DNA from: an uncultured Actinomycetes bacterium
GTDB lineage: Bacteria > Actinomycetota > Actinomycetes > S36-B12 > CAIYMF01
DNA: 32,000 bases
Direction of reading: 5' to 3'
NCBI GenBank assembly: GCA_963843975.1
Contig: CAWJMG010000003.1
Span: 2,670,001-2,702,000, forward strand
Within the stretch, counting starts at the first letter, position 1; each line of letters starts with the position of its first letter. Shown here in pieces: positions 24,849 to 32,000 of the stretch. The position numbers and the translations under genes were made by a program. The notes beneath the pieces were generated by a model. That model saw nothing but the letters and a program-made list of their open reading frames with translations. It searched no databases and was not told the origin of the DNA.

Positions 24849-24932
24849 GCCACGGGAACACCGGCGCAAGTCGCTGCAAAGTCGGTCGGCCTGCGAGGCT
24901 GGGTCCGCGATGATGCTGTTCCGCTTGCCATA

Positions 24933-26243
24933 ATGGGAGTCGTGAAGGCTGCCACAGGTTCTCGCCCGCTCGACCACGAGTCGCTCCAGCCGCTCATCGA
25001 GCGGTGGCGCGCGGACCCAGGCGGCACCTACAGGACCTGGTTCCTGTGGGACGAGCGGCTCAAGAATTTTCGCACGCTCCGCCGTGGCATCGAAAGGGTC
25101 TCCCTCGACATCGAGGAAGGCAGTTTCGGCACCTCCTACCGAGGATCCTCACTCGAGACCGTGGTGCACGGGATCGCCGAACAACGGCAGGTCTTCAAGG
25201 GTGCCGACCATGCCTTCCTGTGGAAGCCGAAGCTACGAATCCCAGACATCTACGAAAACCGCGACAACCAACTCGCATTCGGACGAGCCCTGGAGACGTG
25301 CAGGTGCTGCACCTCGGAAACGCAAGTTCTCGCAGCCGTGCGATCGCTTGACGCTCAACGGATTAAGGGGCTTGGACCGGCCGTCGCCAACCTTCTGTAC
25401 TTCCTTCACCCGACGATCATGCCGCCCTTCAACACCGCCATCGTTGCGGGCTACAACACCTTGACTGGCGCACGAACCAAACTCGGCAGCTGGGAACAGT
25501 ACCTGGCCATGCGCGAGGGAATCCTCCGCCTCAACGACACTCACCGATCCCTGCTGTCCAACGACCTCGGCGCAATTGCTGGGCTGCTGTTCGATGTCGG
25601 GAAGGGACGCTACCCAGCGCCCCCACAGTCGACAGAGCGCGATTCCGCTGAACACCTTGCGTGGTTGAACGACTTGGACCGGGCACGTGAGGATGCGCGC
25701 TCCGCCGCGTCCGCAAGCGCGATGCTCGCTCTCGATGTCACGCACACAACGATGCAAGGCTGGTTGCGCGACCTTGGCATGGCCCTCGGCTACGACGTGT
25801 GGATCGCCTCCAACGACAAGAATCGCCCCTACGCCGGAGGCCGGCTCGCTGACGGCTGCCGTACCTCATTGCCGCCCGTGATCGCCGCGTCACCAGCAGC
25901 AGAGGCCATCGGCCTGATCGACGTTCTGTGGATCGCCTCGGACGACAGCGTCGCAGCCGCCTTCGAGGTCGAACACAGCACCTCGATCTACTCCGGCGTC
26001 GTGCGCATGCTGGACCTCGCTCTCAGCGACGGAGGAACCCAGCTGCGGGGAATGTTCCTCGTGGCACCGGACGCTCGCGAGGACGAGGTGCGGGCGCAAC
26101 TCAGGCGTCCCGCGTTCAGCCGTGTGTCTGACCTCAGCGTTCGCTACCTCCGCTACGGCGAACTCGAGCGCCACCGCGAAGCCATCGCCCGCTTTGGACA
26201 GGGACTCCACCCGATTGAGCAGTTGTCACACGCGCTCAACTGA
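24933..26243 (+). CDS. Hypothetical protein with restriction-endonuclease-like C-terminal domain (orphan, no methyltransferase nearby)
   Basis: 436-aa ORF. The C-terminal pattern GYDVWIASNDKN...LIDVLWIASDDSVAAAFEVEHSTSIYSGVVRMLDL...FLVAPD matches a family I recognise as commonly annotated type II restriction endonuclease. HhH-like IKGLGPAVANLLYF lies mid-protein. G+C is visibly lower than the flanks. Confidence 0.6.
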   Translation: MGVVKAATGSRPLDHESLQPLIERWRADPGGTYRTWFLWDERLKNFRTLRRGIERVSLDIEEGSFGTSYRGSSLETVVHGIAEQRQVFKGADHAFLWKPKLRIPDIYENRDNQLAFGRALETCRCCTSETQVLAAVRSLDAQRIKGLGPAVANLLYFLHPTIMPPFNTAIVAGYNTLTGARTKLGSWEQYLAMREGILRLNDTHRSLLSNDLGAIAGLLFDVGKGRYPAPPQSTERDSAEHLAWLNDLDRAREDARSAASASAMLALDVTHTTMQGWLRDLGMALGYDVWIASNDKNRPYAGGRLADGCRTSLPPVIAASPAAEAIGLIDVLWIASDDSVAAAFEVEHSTSIYSGVVRMLDLALSDGGTQLRGMFLVAPDAREDEVRAQLRRPAFSRVSDLSVRYLRYGELERHREAIARFGQGLHPIEQLSHALN

Positions 26244-26274
26244 CGCGCGGTTGCATCCGCAGCATCTGCCATTG

Positions 26275-26296
26275 GATGAAGGTCTGATGAAGTCTG
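26275..26296 (+). promoter_or_regulatory. Candidate response-regulator operator: tandem GATGAAGGTCT GATGAAGTCTG
   Basis: 11-bp register, 32 bp after the endonuclease-like stop and 192 bp upstream of the ATP-grasp start. It is the only site with no minus-strand gene to its left. Confidence 0.4.
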
Positions 26297-26487
26297 CGAT
26301 CACCCCGCGAGACTCCTAGGCCCCTCCCTTAGCGTGCTTCTGTGACCGAACTCTGCGGAAGATGCACCCGACGTCGCGTGGAACCTGAAGCGATACCCAG
26401 CCGATCGGCGCCACGACAATCGAACGCTCGCGCCACCTCCGGGCAGGCCGGTACCACGAACCGCAAGCACGAACTGGGCAAATCCAC

Positions 26488-27639
26488 GTGACGACGCCGT
26501 CGAACCCCGTCGCGCGTCGACCTCGTGTCGTGATAGTGGACGTCCATGCCTCGGACTCGTTCCGCGAATTCGCCGCAGCGCTGCGGCGCCACGGCGTCGA
26601 CGTCCTGCACCTGCGACCCGCCTACACCGGGCGCGGACGCAGACTCAAGCGTGCCATCGACGAACTAGCAGGACCCATCACTCCCCTCTACAGCCCGATC
26701 TCCAGTGCCGACCTGCGCACGGTTGCGTTGCGGCGGGAGATACTCGCGCCCCCGACCGTTGACGTTCACGCCATCGAACCCGTGATGGCCCAGCTGTCCC
26801 AGACGCCGGAGTGGCAGGCAAATCCCGACCTGAACAAGCTCGCCCACGGCATCGGCCTCGCGAGCGTGCTGGACAAGTGGGAAGTCGCGCAGCTCGCCAA
26901 GTCCTTCGGGGTCGCCGTGCCTGACTCATGGCCGGAGTTCCCGAGGGAGACGTTTCCAGTAGTCGTGAAGGGGCGGTTGGGTGCCGGCGGGGTTTGGGTT
27001 CGCGTGGCCCATGACGAGGAGGCGCTTCGCACGGCGGTAGCCGAACTGAGCGTAGACGGCGCCAGACTGTACTTCGAGCGGTACCACCACAGCGCAACTG
27101 GGCTCGGCACGGCAGGGGTCTCGCGCCACGGCGAGGTGCTGGTGTGCGGTGCCTTCGAACGGCAGCCGAGCCCCGACGAACCTCTCGCCCCGGCAGTCGC
27201 CATCCGCGCCTACCACCATGAGGCGGCGATCGAAGCCTCAGAGAAGCTCATCGGCGCCCTGGGGTACACCGGCATCTTCTGTTTGAACTTCGTCCCCGAC
27301 AGCGACGGCAGCCCGCTGCTGATCGACGTCAACCTCCGCACTTTCGGCGCGTGGGTGACCCTGGACGAGTTGGGCGTGCCCATCCTCGACACCTATCTTC
27401 AACTCATCGGCACCAAGGTTAGAGCAGCCCCGTTGCGCATCGACGAAGGCCGCTGGCTCGGCGTCGCCCGTATCGGGGCTGGAACCAGCGGCGGCCCAAC
27501 CCAGGTGTGGTCAGCAAGCCGGCGCACGGGCAGCCTGGTCTGGCGTCGGCGGTCCACACTGGGTTGGGGTTGGATGATCGCCGCCGAGGTACGCGTTGTG
27601 CAGTCAGCCGTCGGCGGACTGATCGCCAGACGCCGGTAG
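26488..27639 (+). CDS. ATP-grasp domain-containing protein (substrate unknown)
   Basis: 383 aa. Pre-ATP-grasp N-terminus (RVVIVDVHASD..), central KWEVAQLAKSFGVAVP...FPVVVKGRLGAGGVWVRVAHDEEAL, and C-terminal GIFCLNFVPDSDGSPLLIDVNLR, which is typical of the ATP-grasp fold. Confidence 0.8.
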   Translation: MTTPSNPVARRPRVVIVDVHASDSFREFAAALRRHGVDVLHLRPAYTGRGRRLKRAIDELAGPITPLYSPISSADLRTVALRREILAPPTVDVHAIEPVMAQLSQTPEWQANPDLNKLAHGIGLASVLDKWEVAQLAKSFGVAVPDSWPEFPRETFPVVVKGRLGAGGVWVRVAHDEEALRTAVAELSVDGARLYFERYHHSATGLGTAGVSRHGEVLVCGAFERQPSPDEPLAPAVAIRAYHHEAAIEASEKLIGALGYTGIFCLNFVPDSDGSPLLIDVNLRTFGAWVTLDELGVPILDTYLQLIGTKVRAAPLRIDEGRWLGVARIGAGTSGGPTQVWSASRRTGSLVWRRRSTLGWGWMIAAEVRVVQSAVGGLIARRR

Positions 27640-27720
27640 GTGCCAGCGGCACATCCCGGGATCGATCAGCCGAGCCGTGAGAACCTCAATCTCGTCAAAG
27701 TGAAAGACTCGCAGAATTCA

Positions 27721-28760
27721 TCAGGTCGAGCCGCGGCCCGGTGTCGTGATTCTGGGTATCCGCGCTGGGTGCTGGTACGGCAGGGCCACCTGCCAGCGCG
27801 CACACGGTCCCTGCACGACGGGCTGAGCTCCGCGGCCGCGCACCGTAGACGACGGGTTGGGGACGGTTCGGGGGCCAGTCAACGGCTCTACCGGGGCTCC
27901 CGATCCGGAGCAGACACGCGAGTCAGCGCCGGACGCCGTGGGTGGCGTATGCGTGAACGCGGAACCGAGACCAGGAACCGCGGTAGAGGCGGCGAGGCGG
28001 CCCCCGTGGTCGACTGCGTTGCCGCGGGCGATCGTGCGGCCCAGACCGCTTCCGGCCCCGTAGCTGTTGGAGCGGGACGGGCCGACGAGGTGGAACCGTT
28101 CGAACGCCAGAGGTTGCTGGTCGACCGGTGGCGCCTCACCGATATGGGCGACGTGCGCAGCCGACGCCGTATCGGCGACTGCGCCCTCGCCGTCGGCGGA
28201 CGCTTTGACGCGCTCGCCAGCGGGGGCAGCACCTTGTCGAGGGGACTTGTGAACACCTGCGCGATGAGCCCGTGGGCGGCATGGCCGTCGGCCCCGGTGT
28301 CGGGGCCGGGGCCGGCATCGTGAGGGTCACGCCCTTGTTCGGGTGCCAGGGCGCTGTGCCGCGGCGACCGCCGCTTAAGCGACTTCGGCGAGGTCGCCGA
28401 CAGCGGCACGAACTGCAGTGCGTGGTCGACGGCGGCTGCGACTTCGCGCAGGTCGATGGACGCGCGGCGCAGGCGTGACACCTGGTTGCGCATGGTGGCG
28501 CACGCGTCCGGGCGGTGGTGGCAACGGGGCCCGCTAGACCGTCATTTGCAGCATCGAGGGTCGCCCGCAGGGTGCGGAGCTCGTGCCCGAGATCCGCGGG
28601 CAGGCGGCTGCATCTGCGGATGATCTACATGTCGTAAGCGTGCGCCCTTGGTCGAACGTGGTGTAGCGGGCGTCCAACTCGGTCGCGAACGATCCCGCCG
28701 CGAACTGGGACGAGGGTCGCCAGGGTGATGGAGACGGCGGCCGCGGACGCGAACGCCTGG
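27721..28760 (-). pseudogene. Decayed sensor histidine kinase (multiple frameshifts, N-terminal truncation)
   Basis: Kinase motifs are spread over three minus-strand frames. TM2/HAMP start AAVSITLATLVPVRGGIVRDRVGRPL (~28740-28660). H-box ADLGHELRT (28571-28594). MRNQVSRLRR..IDLREVAAAV and GLIAQVFTSPLDKVL (N-box-like) in ORF 27888-28493. In a third frame, FERFH (28090-28104) and GSGLGRTIARGNAVDHGG (28000-28053), ending at TGA 27721-27723. Confidence 0.5.
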
Positions 28761-28903
28761 CCTGCTTACTCGATGACGGCCCGGGAGTCCTCCGCATGGC
28801 CGTTTCGCCACTCCGGCAGGCTGTTCAGTCGCAACTGCCTGACGGTGACTTCGCGTGGCGTCATGTAATCGTCATACAGCGCAGCGGGTCGTCCACCCTG
28901 CCG

Positions 28904-28926
28904 AAGTGACCATGTGTAAGTGACCA
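28904..28926 (+). repeat. Perfect 9-bp direct repeat AAGTGACCA x2 (14-bp period) upstream of the GNAT gene
   Basis: AAGTGACCA at 28904-28912 and 28918-28926, ending 23 bp before GTG 28949. Possible promoter or operator element. Confidence 0.3.
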
Positions 28927-28948
28927 GTTCAGCAGCACGGATCGACCT

Positions 28949-29653
28949 GTGACCGCCCTCGAGCAACGGCCGATTCCCACCACGCTGGGGGTCGCCCCTG
29001 CGGTCGGCTATCGCATCCGACCGATGACGGTGTACGACGTCACGGCCGTGGTCGGTTGGCATCTGCAGGCGTTCCCAGCAGGCTTCTACGCGCGCCTGGG
29101 TGAGGGGTTCATGCGTCGCTGGATGCGTGCGCACATCCTGCGCCCGGCGTCGGTCTCGCTGGTAGCGCATGACGCTGACGACCGCCTCGTCGGGTATCTG
29201 CTCGGAACGACGGACGACGCCGTGTACAGCACGGGGCCGCTCGGGCTGTCCGTCGACCTGGCCGGTCGCGGAGCGGTCGCTCTCCTGGCGAGGCCTCGAC
29301 TGTGGGCCGACTTCGTCCGCGTCCGGGCACGCAGTTACGCGGGTCGGGCGGTTCGTTCGCTGAAGGCTCGGCGCGCGGCCGCCAGCGAGTCGGGTGAGGG
29401 CGAGCTGATCTACATCTGTGTGGAGCGCCGGTACCGCCAGCGCGGTGGTGGTGCTGCGCTGCTGGATGCCTTCGTAGGCGAGGCTCGTCGGAGCGGCACT
29501 CAGCGTCTGCACCTGGTCACTGAGGAGGACAACGGCACCGCGCGCCGCTTCTACGACAGGCGTGGCTGGCGCACCACCGACGGTTGCCGCACGGCCTTGG
29601 ACGGGCGGCCCCTGGTGCGGATGGAGCGCGACCTCAGCGGAAGTCCGAGGTGA
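28949..29653 (+). CDS. GNAT family N-acetyltransferase
   Basis: 234 aa. Acetyl-CoA binding core ICVERRYRQRGGGAALLDAFVGEARRSGTQRLHLVTEEDNGTARRFYDRRGW. The stop overlaps the next gene (GTGA). Confidence 0.85.
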   Translation: MTALEQRPIPTTLGVAPAVGYRIRPMTVYDVTAVVGWHLQAFPAGFYARLGEGFMRRWMRAHILRPASVSLVAHDADDRLVGYLLGTTDDAVYSTGPLGLSVDLAGRGAVALLARPRLWADFVRVRARSYAGRAVRSLKARRAAASESGEGELIYICVERRYRQRGGGAALLDAFVGEARRSGTQRLHLVTEEDNGTARRFYDRRGWRTTDGCRTALDGRPLVRMERDLSGSPR

Positions 29654-30504
29654 GTCGCTCGCGGGGCAGGACCACGCTCATCGTGCTGGCGCTGATCGTG
29701 GCTGCGGTGGGCGGCGTGCTGGCTGGAATGCTGTGGTACCAGCCGGCTTCTGGGCAGCCGACCCAGCCGCTGCCCGGCGCCTCGGCGCCGGTCAACTCGT
29801 CCACCCCGACTGCCGGGGTCCCTGCCCCCAGCCTTCCTCCGACTCCGACTCCGACTCTGAGCCCGACCCCAAGCCAGCCGGCGGCACCGGACGCTCGCCC
29901 GGTGATCAGTCCTATCTCGGACGAGCAGTGGCGTCGGATGGTCGCGACGGGGACGTGGCGCCCGGGCTGCCCGGTGGGTCGGGCTGACCTGCGGCGACTG
30001 CAGGTCGGGTATGTGGACTTCGACGGCGAACTGGTTCGCGGCTCGCTCGTCGCTCACCGGGATAGCGTCGTGGACCTCGCGGGGATCTTCACCGCGTTGT
30101 TCGACGCCCGTTTCCCGATCGAGCGGATGGAGCCGGTCGAGCGGTACGGCGGCGACGTCGTGCGCAGCCTGCGGGCGAACAACACGTCGGCGTACAACTG
30201 CCGCGAGCCTGGCCAGATCAACGCTCCGGTCACCGATTCTCCTCACGCCAGCGGTCGTGCCATCGACATCAACCCCGTGCAGAACCCGTGGAAGGACCCG
30301 CGCTGCAACTGCTGGATGCCTCGCGCCACGTATGCGGAGGCGACGTCCGGGCCGGGGATCATCCGCAAGGGGAGCCCGCCGGTCCAGCTGTTCGAGGACC
30401 TGGGCTGGGTGTGGCAGAACATCAAGGTGGCCGACTACATGCATTTCGACACGGGCTACCCGTCCCGGCCGCGCCCGTCGGCGTCCCCGACCGCCACCGG
30501 CTGA
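29650..30504 (+). CDS. M15-family zinc D,D-peptidase (VanY/M15_4-like), membrane-anchored
   Basis: Start at GTG 29650 in track ORF 29584-30504. N-terminal TM (TTLIVLALIVAAVGGVLAGML), a Pro/Thr-rich linker, and metal ligand motifs SPHASGRAIDIN and ADYMHFD. Confidence 0.8.
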   Translation: MSRSRGRTTLIVLALIVAAVGGVLAGMLWYQPASGQPTQPLPGASAPVNSSTPTAGVPAPSLPPTPTPTLSPTPSQPAAPDARPVISPISDEQWRRMVATGTWRPGCPVGRADLRRLQVGYVDFDGELVRGSLVAHRDSVVDLAGIFTALFDARFPIERMEPVERYGGDVVRSLRANNTSAYNCREPGQINAPVTDSPHASGRAIDINPVQNPWKDPRCNCWMPRATYAEATSGPGIIRKGSPPVQLFEDLGWVWQNIKVADYMHFDTGYPSRPRPSASPTATG

Positions 30505-30561
30505 CCTGCGATGCCGCGGACGGCGGCCTGCGGGATGCTGTGACGGACCGAAGGAGGCCGC

Positions 30562-31260
30562 GTGGGTCTGGGCCGAGTGCTCGTGGTGGACGACGAACGT
30601 CCGCTGGCGCGCATCGTGGGCAGCTACCTGGAGCGTGAGGGCTTCGACGTGTCGGTGGCCCACGACGGGCCTTCGGCTCTCGCCGCGGCGCGCCAGGACA
30701 TGCCGATCCTCATCGTGCTCGATGTCATGCTCCCCGGCGCGGACGGGATCACCGTCTGCCAGCAGCTGCGCACGTTCACCGACGCCTACATCCTGATGCT
30801 CACTGCGAGGGACGGCGAGAAGGACAAGGTCGCCGCGCTCTCGGCCGGAGCGGACGACTACCTCGTGAAGCCGTTCTCCTCCACTGAGCTGGTCGCCCGC
30901 TGCCACGCCATGCTGCGTCGGCCCCGAATCCACATCCCCGCCTCCGCCGTCCAGCGGGAGGATCTCACCCTCGGCGACCTGGTGATGAGTACCCACTCCC
31001 GCAGCGTCAGCCTCGGCGGCGAGGCCGTCGACCTCACGCGCACCGAGTACGGCATCCTCGAGCTGCTGCTGCGCGCTGACGGGGGTGTCGTGACCCGCGA
31101 GGAGATCATCGAGGCCGTCCGCGGCGGCGAGTGGTTCGGGGACGCGCAGGTCGTCGACGCCCACGTCGCCCGGCTGCGCGCCAAGCTGGGTGACACCCCC
31201 GAGCAGCGTCGCTTCATCCTCACCGTCCGGGGAGTCGGCTATCGACGGGGCACGGGATGA
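30562..31260 (+). CDS. OmpR/PhoB-family response regulator (paralog of 13426-14142)
   Basis: 232 aa. GAAGGAGG 6 nt upstream of GTG 30562. Receiver plus winged-helix domains (LTVRGVGYRRG). ATGA overlap with the kinase gene. Confidence 0.93.
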   Translation: MGLGRVLVVDDERPLARIVGSYLEREGFDVSVAHDGPSALAAARQDMPILIVLDVMLPGADGITVCQQLRTFTDAYILMLTARDGEKDKVAALSAGADDYLVKPFSSTELVARCHAMLRRPRIHIPASAVQREDLTLGDLVMSTHSRSVSLGGEAVDLTRTEYGILELLLRADGGVVTREEIIEAVRGGEWFGDAQVVDAHVARLRAKLGDTPEQRRFILTVRGVGYRRGTG

Positions 31261-32000
31261 CCGGCCGTCGACGGCTGCCCGGGCTCGGCCGCCGGGTCCT
31301 GGCCGCCCAGATGCAGGTCGCCCTCGTGAGCGCCGTCACCCTGGTGCTGGCCGTCGCGCTCGTCGCACCCCGCTTGTTCGCAGACCATCTGGCCGCAACC
31401 GGCGAGACCGACCCCGTCGTGCAAGGCCACGCGGAAGAGGCCTTCCGCAACGCGGGGGCGCTCGCGCTCGTAGCAGCTCTCGCGGTCGCCGTGCTGGCGG
31501 CCGCAGTCCTGTCCCGCCCACTCGGGCGACGCCTCGCCAGACCCATTGAGGAGCTGGCCGCTGAGGCCGACACGATCACCGCCGGCAGGTACTCCGTCGG
31601 ACTCCGCACCGACCCGTTCAGCGACGAGGTCGCGCGCCTGGGGACCAGCCTCCAGCGGATGGGCGACCGGCTCGCTGACACCGAACGCGCACGCAGCCAA
31701 CTGCTGTCCGACCTCGCCCACGAGATGCGCACCCCGTTGGCCACCCTGGAGCTCTACACCGAGGCCCTCGCCGACGACGTGGTCCCCCGGCAGGAGAGCG
31801 TGGCGACGATCCAGGCCCAGATCGGGCGGCTGCAGCGGCTCGCGGAGGACCTCCGGGATCTGACCCTCGTCCAGGAGCACGCGCTCACCCTGCACCGTAC
31901 GCCCGTCGATGTCGCCGATGTGGTCGCAGCGTCCTGCCTCGCCTTCGCCCCCGCCTACGCCGCAGCCGGCGTAACGCTCCGCGCGCGCACCGACACGGGG
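31257..32000 (+). CDS. HAMP sensor histidine kinase, 5' partial (runs off window end)
   Basis: Frame is open from ATG 31257 to the window end, so it is absent from the ORF track. Two TMs with a short loop, HAMP domain, H-box SDLAHEMRTPLATL. Paralog of 14139-15302. Confidence 0.88.
   Translation, partial: MTGRRRLPGLGRRVLAAQMQVALVSAVTLVLAVALVAPRLFADHLAATGETDPVVQGHAEEAFRNAGALALVAALAVAVLAAAVLSRPLGRRLARPIEELAAEADTITAGRYSVGLRTDPFSDEVARLGTSLQRMGDRLADTERARSQLLSDLAHEMRTPLATLELYTEALADDVVPRQESVATIQAQIGRLQRLAEDLRDLTLVQEHALTLHRTPVDVADVVAASCLAFAPAYAAAGVTLRARTDTG

Noticed and set aside
27640-28493. ORFs 27640-28323 (+) and 27888-28493 (-) as intact genes
   Set aside because: They share the same wobble position, so GC3 cannot separate them, and neither gives a coherent protein. 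The region is better explained as a frameshifted histidine-kinase remnant on the minus strand.
28766-29512. 248-aa minus-strand ORF overlapping the GNAT gene; its 3' end (28766-28950) considered as a response-regulator remnant
   Set aside because: Most of it is antisense to a GNAT gene with a clear acetyl-CoA motif. The tail (..TPREVTVRQLRLNSL..) only vaguely resembles a winged-helix C-terminus, too weak to call.
29815-29885. Short tandem CCGACT repeats in the M15 peptidase gene
   Set aside because: They encode a Pro/Thr-rich linker (PPTPTPTLSPTPSQP) between the TM anchor and the catalytic domain. This is ordinary low-complexity coding sequence, not a regulatory repeat.
26488-30504. Calling this block a vancomycin-resistance (van) cluster
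   Set aside because: No VanH-like dehydrogenase or VanX-like dipeptidase is visible, and no D-Ala-D-Lac ligase signature is recognisable. Only a loose architectural analogy remains.
29551-31164. 537-aa minus-strand ORF antisense to the M15 peptidase and response regulator
   Set aside because: Arg/Asp/Gly-rich shadow frame. The plus-strand genes have unambiguous catalytic and receiver motifs.
1-32000. CRISPR arrays, tRNA/rRNA genes, IS elements, integrases, prophage genes
   Set aside because: I scanned for regularly spaced repeats, cloverleaf-like GC-poor segments, and transposase or integrase motifs in all listed ORFs, and found none.

Overview
High-GC (about 70%) actinobacterial-type chromosomal DNA, gene-dense. 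Thirteen 4-nt ATGA/GTGA start-stop overlaps were used to fix start codons. Layout: (i) 1-3513 is the housekeeping system-II cytochrome c maturation operon ccdA-resB-ccsB. (ii) About 3.5-24.9 kb is a copper/thiol-stress island. It holds a minus-strand operon of envelope proteins (frameshifted multicopper oxidase, DUF305, Asp-box propeller, Lgt-family paralog, TlpA-like thioredoxin, DUF3105). A divergent plus-strand thiol-redox relay operon follows (glutaredoxin-like, DsbD_2/CcdA-like, membrane-anchored redoxin, SHOCT-like, CsoR-family repressor). Next come a SHOCT-PepSY-response regulator-histidine kinase operon and a membrane/lipid trio (Cfa-family methyltransferase, DoxX-like protein, membrane alpha/beta hydrolase). 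The island ends with a CopZ-like chaperone, a P1B Cu-ATPase with non-canonical metal-binding domains, and DUF2933. (iii) 24.9-32 kb holds a lower-GC restriction-endonuclease-like orphan gene, an ATP-grasp enzyme, a decayed histidine-kinase pseudogene, and a GNAT - M15 peptidase - response regulator - histidine kinase block cut by the window end. No rRNA, tRNA, CRISPR array, transposase or integrase was recognised. The most notable non-genic signal is an 11-bp-phased TGAAGG direct repeat (CopR-box-like) at eight intergenic sites, which ties most of the island into one putative two-component regulon. All functional calls come from motif recognition by eye; no database search was run.
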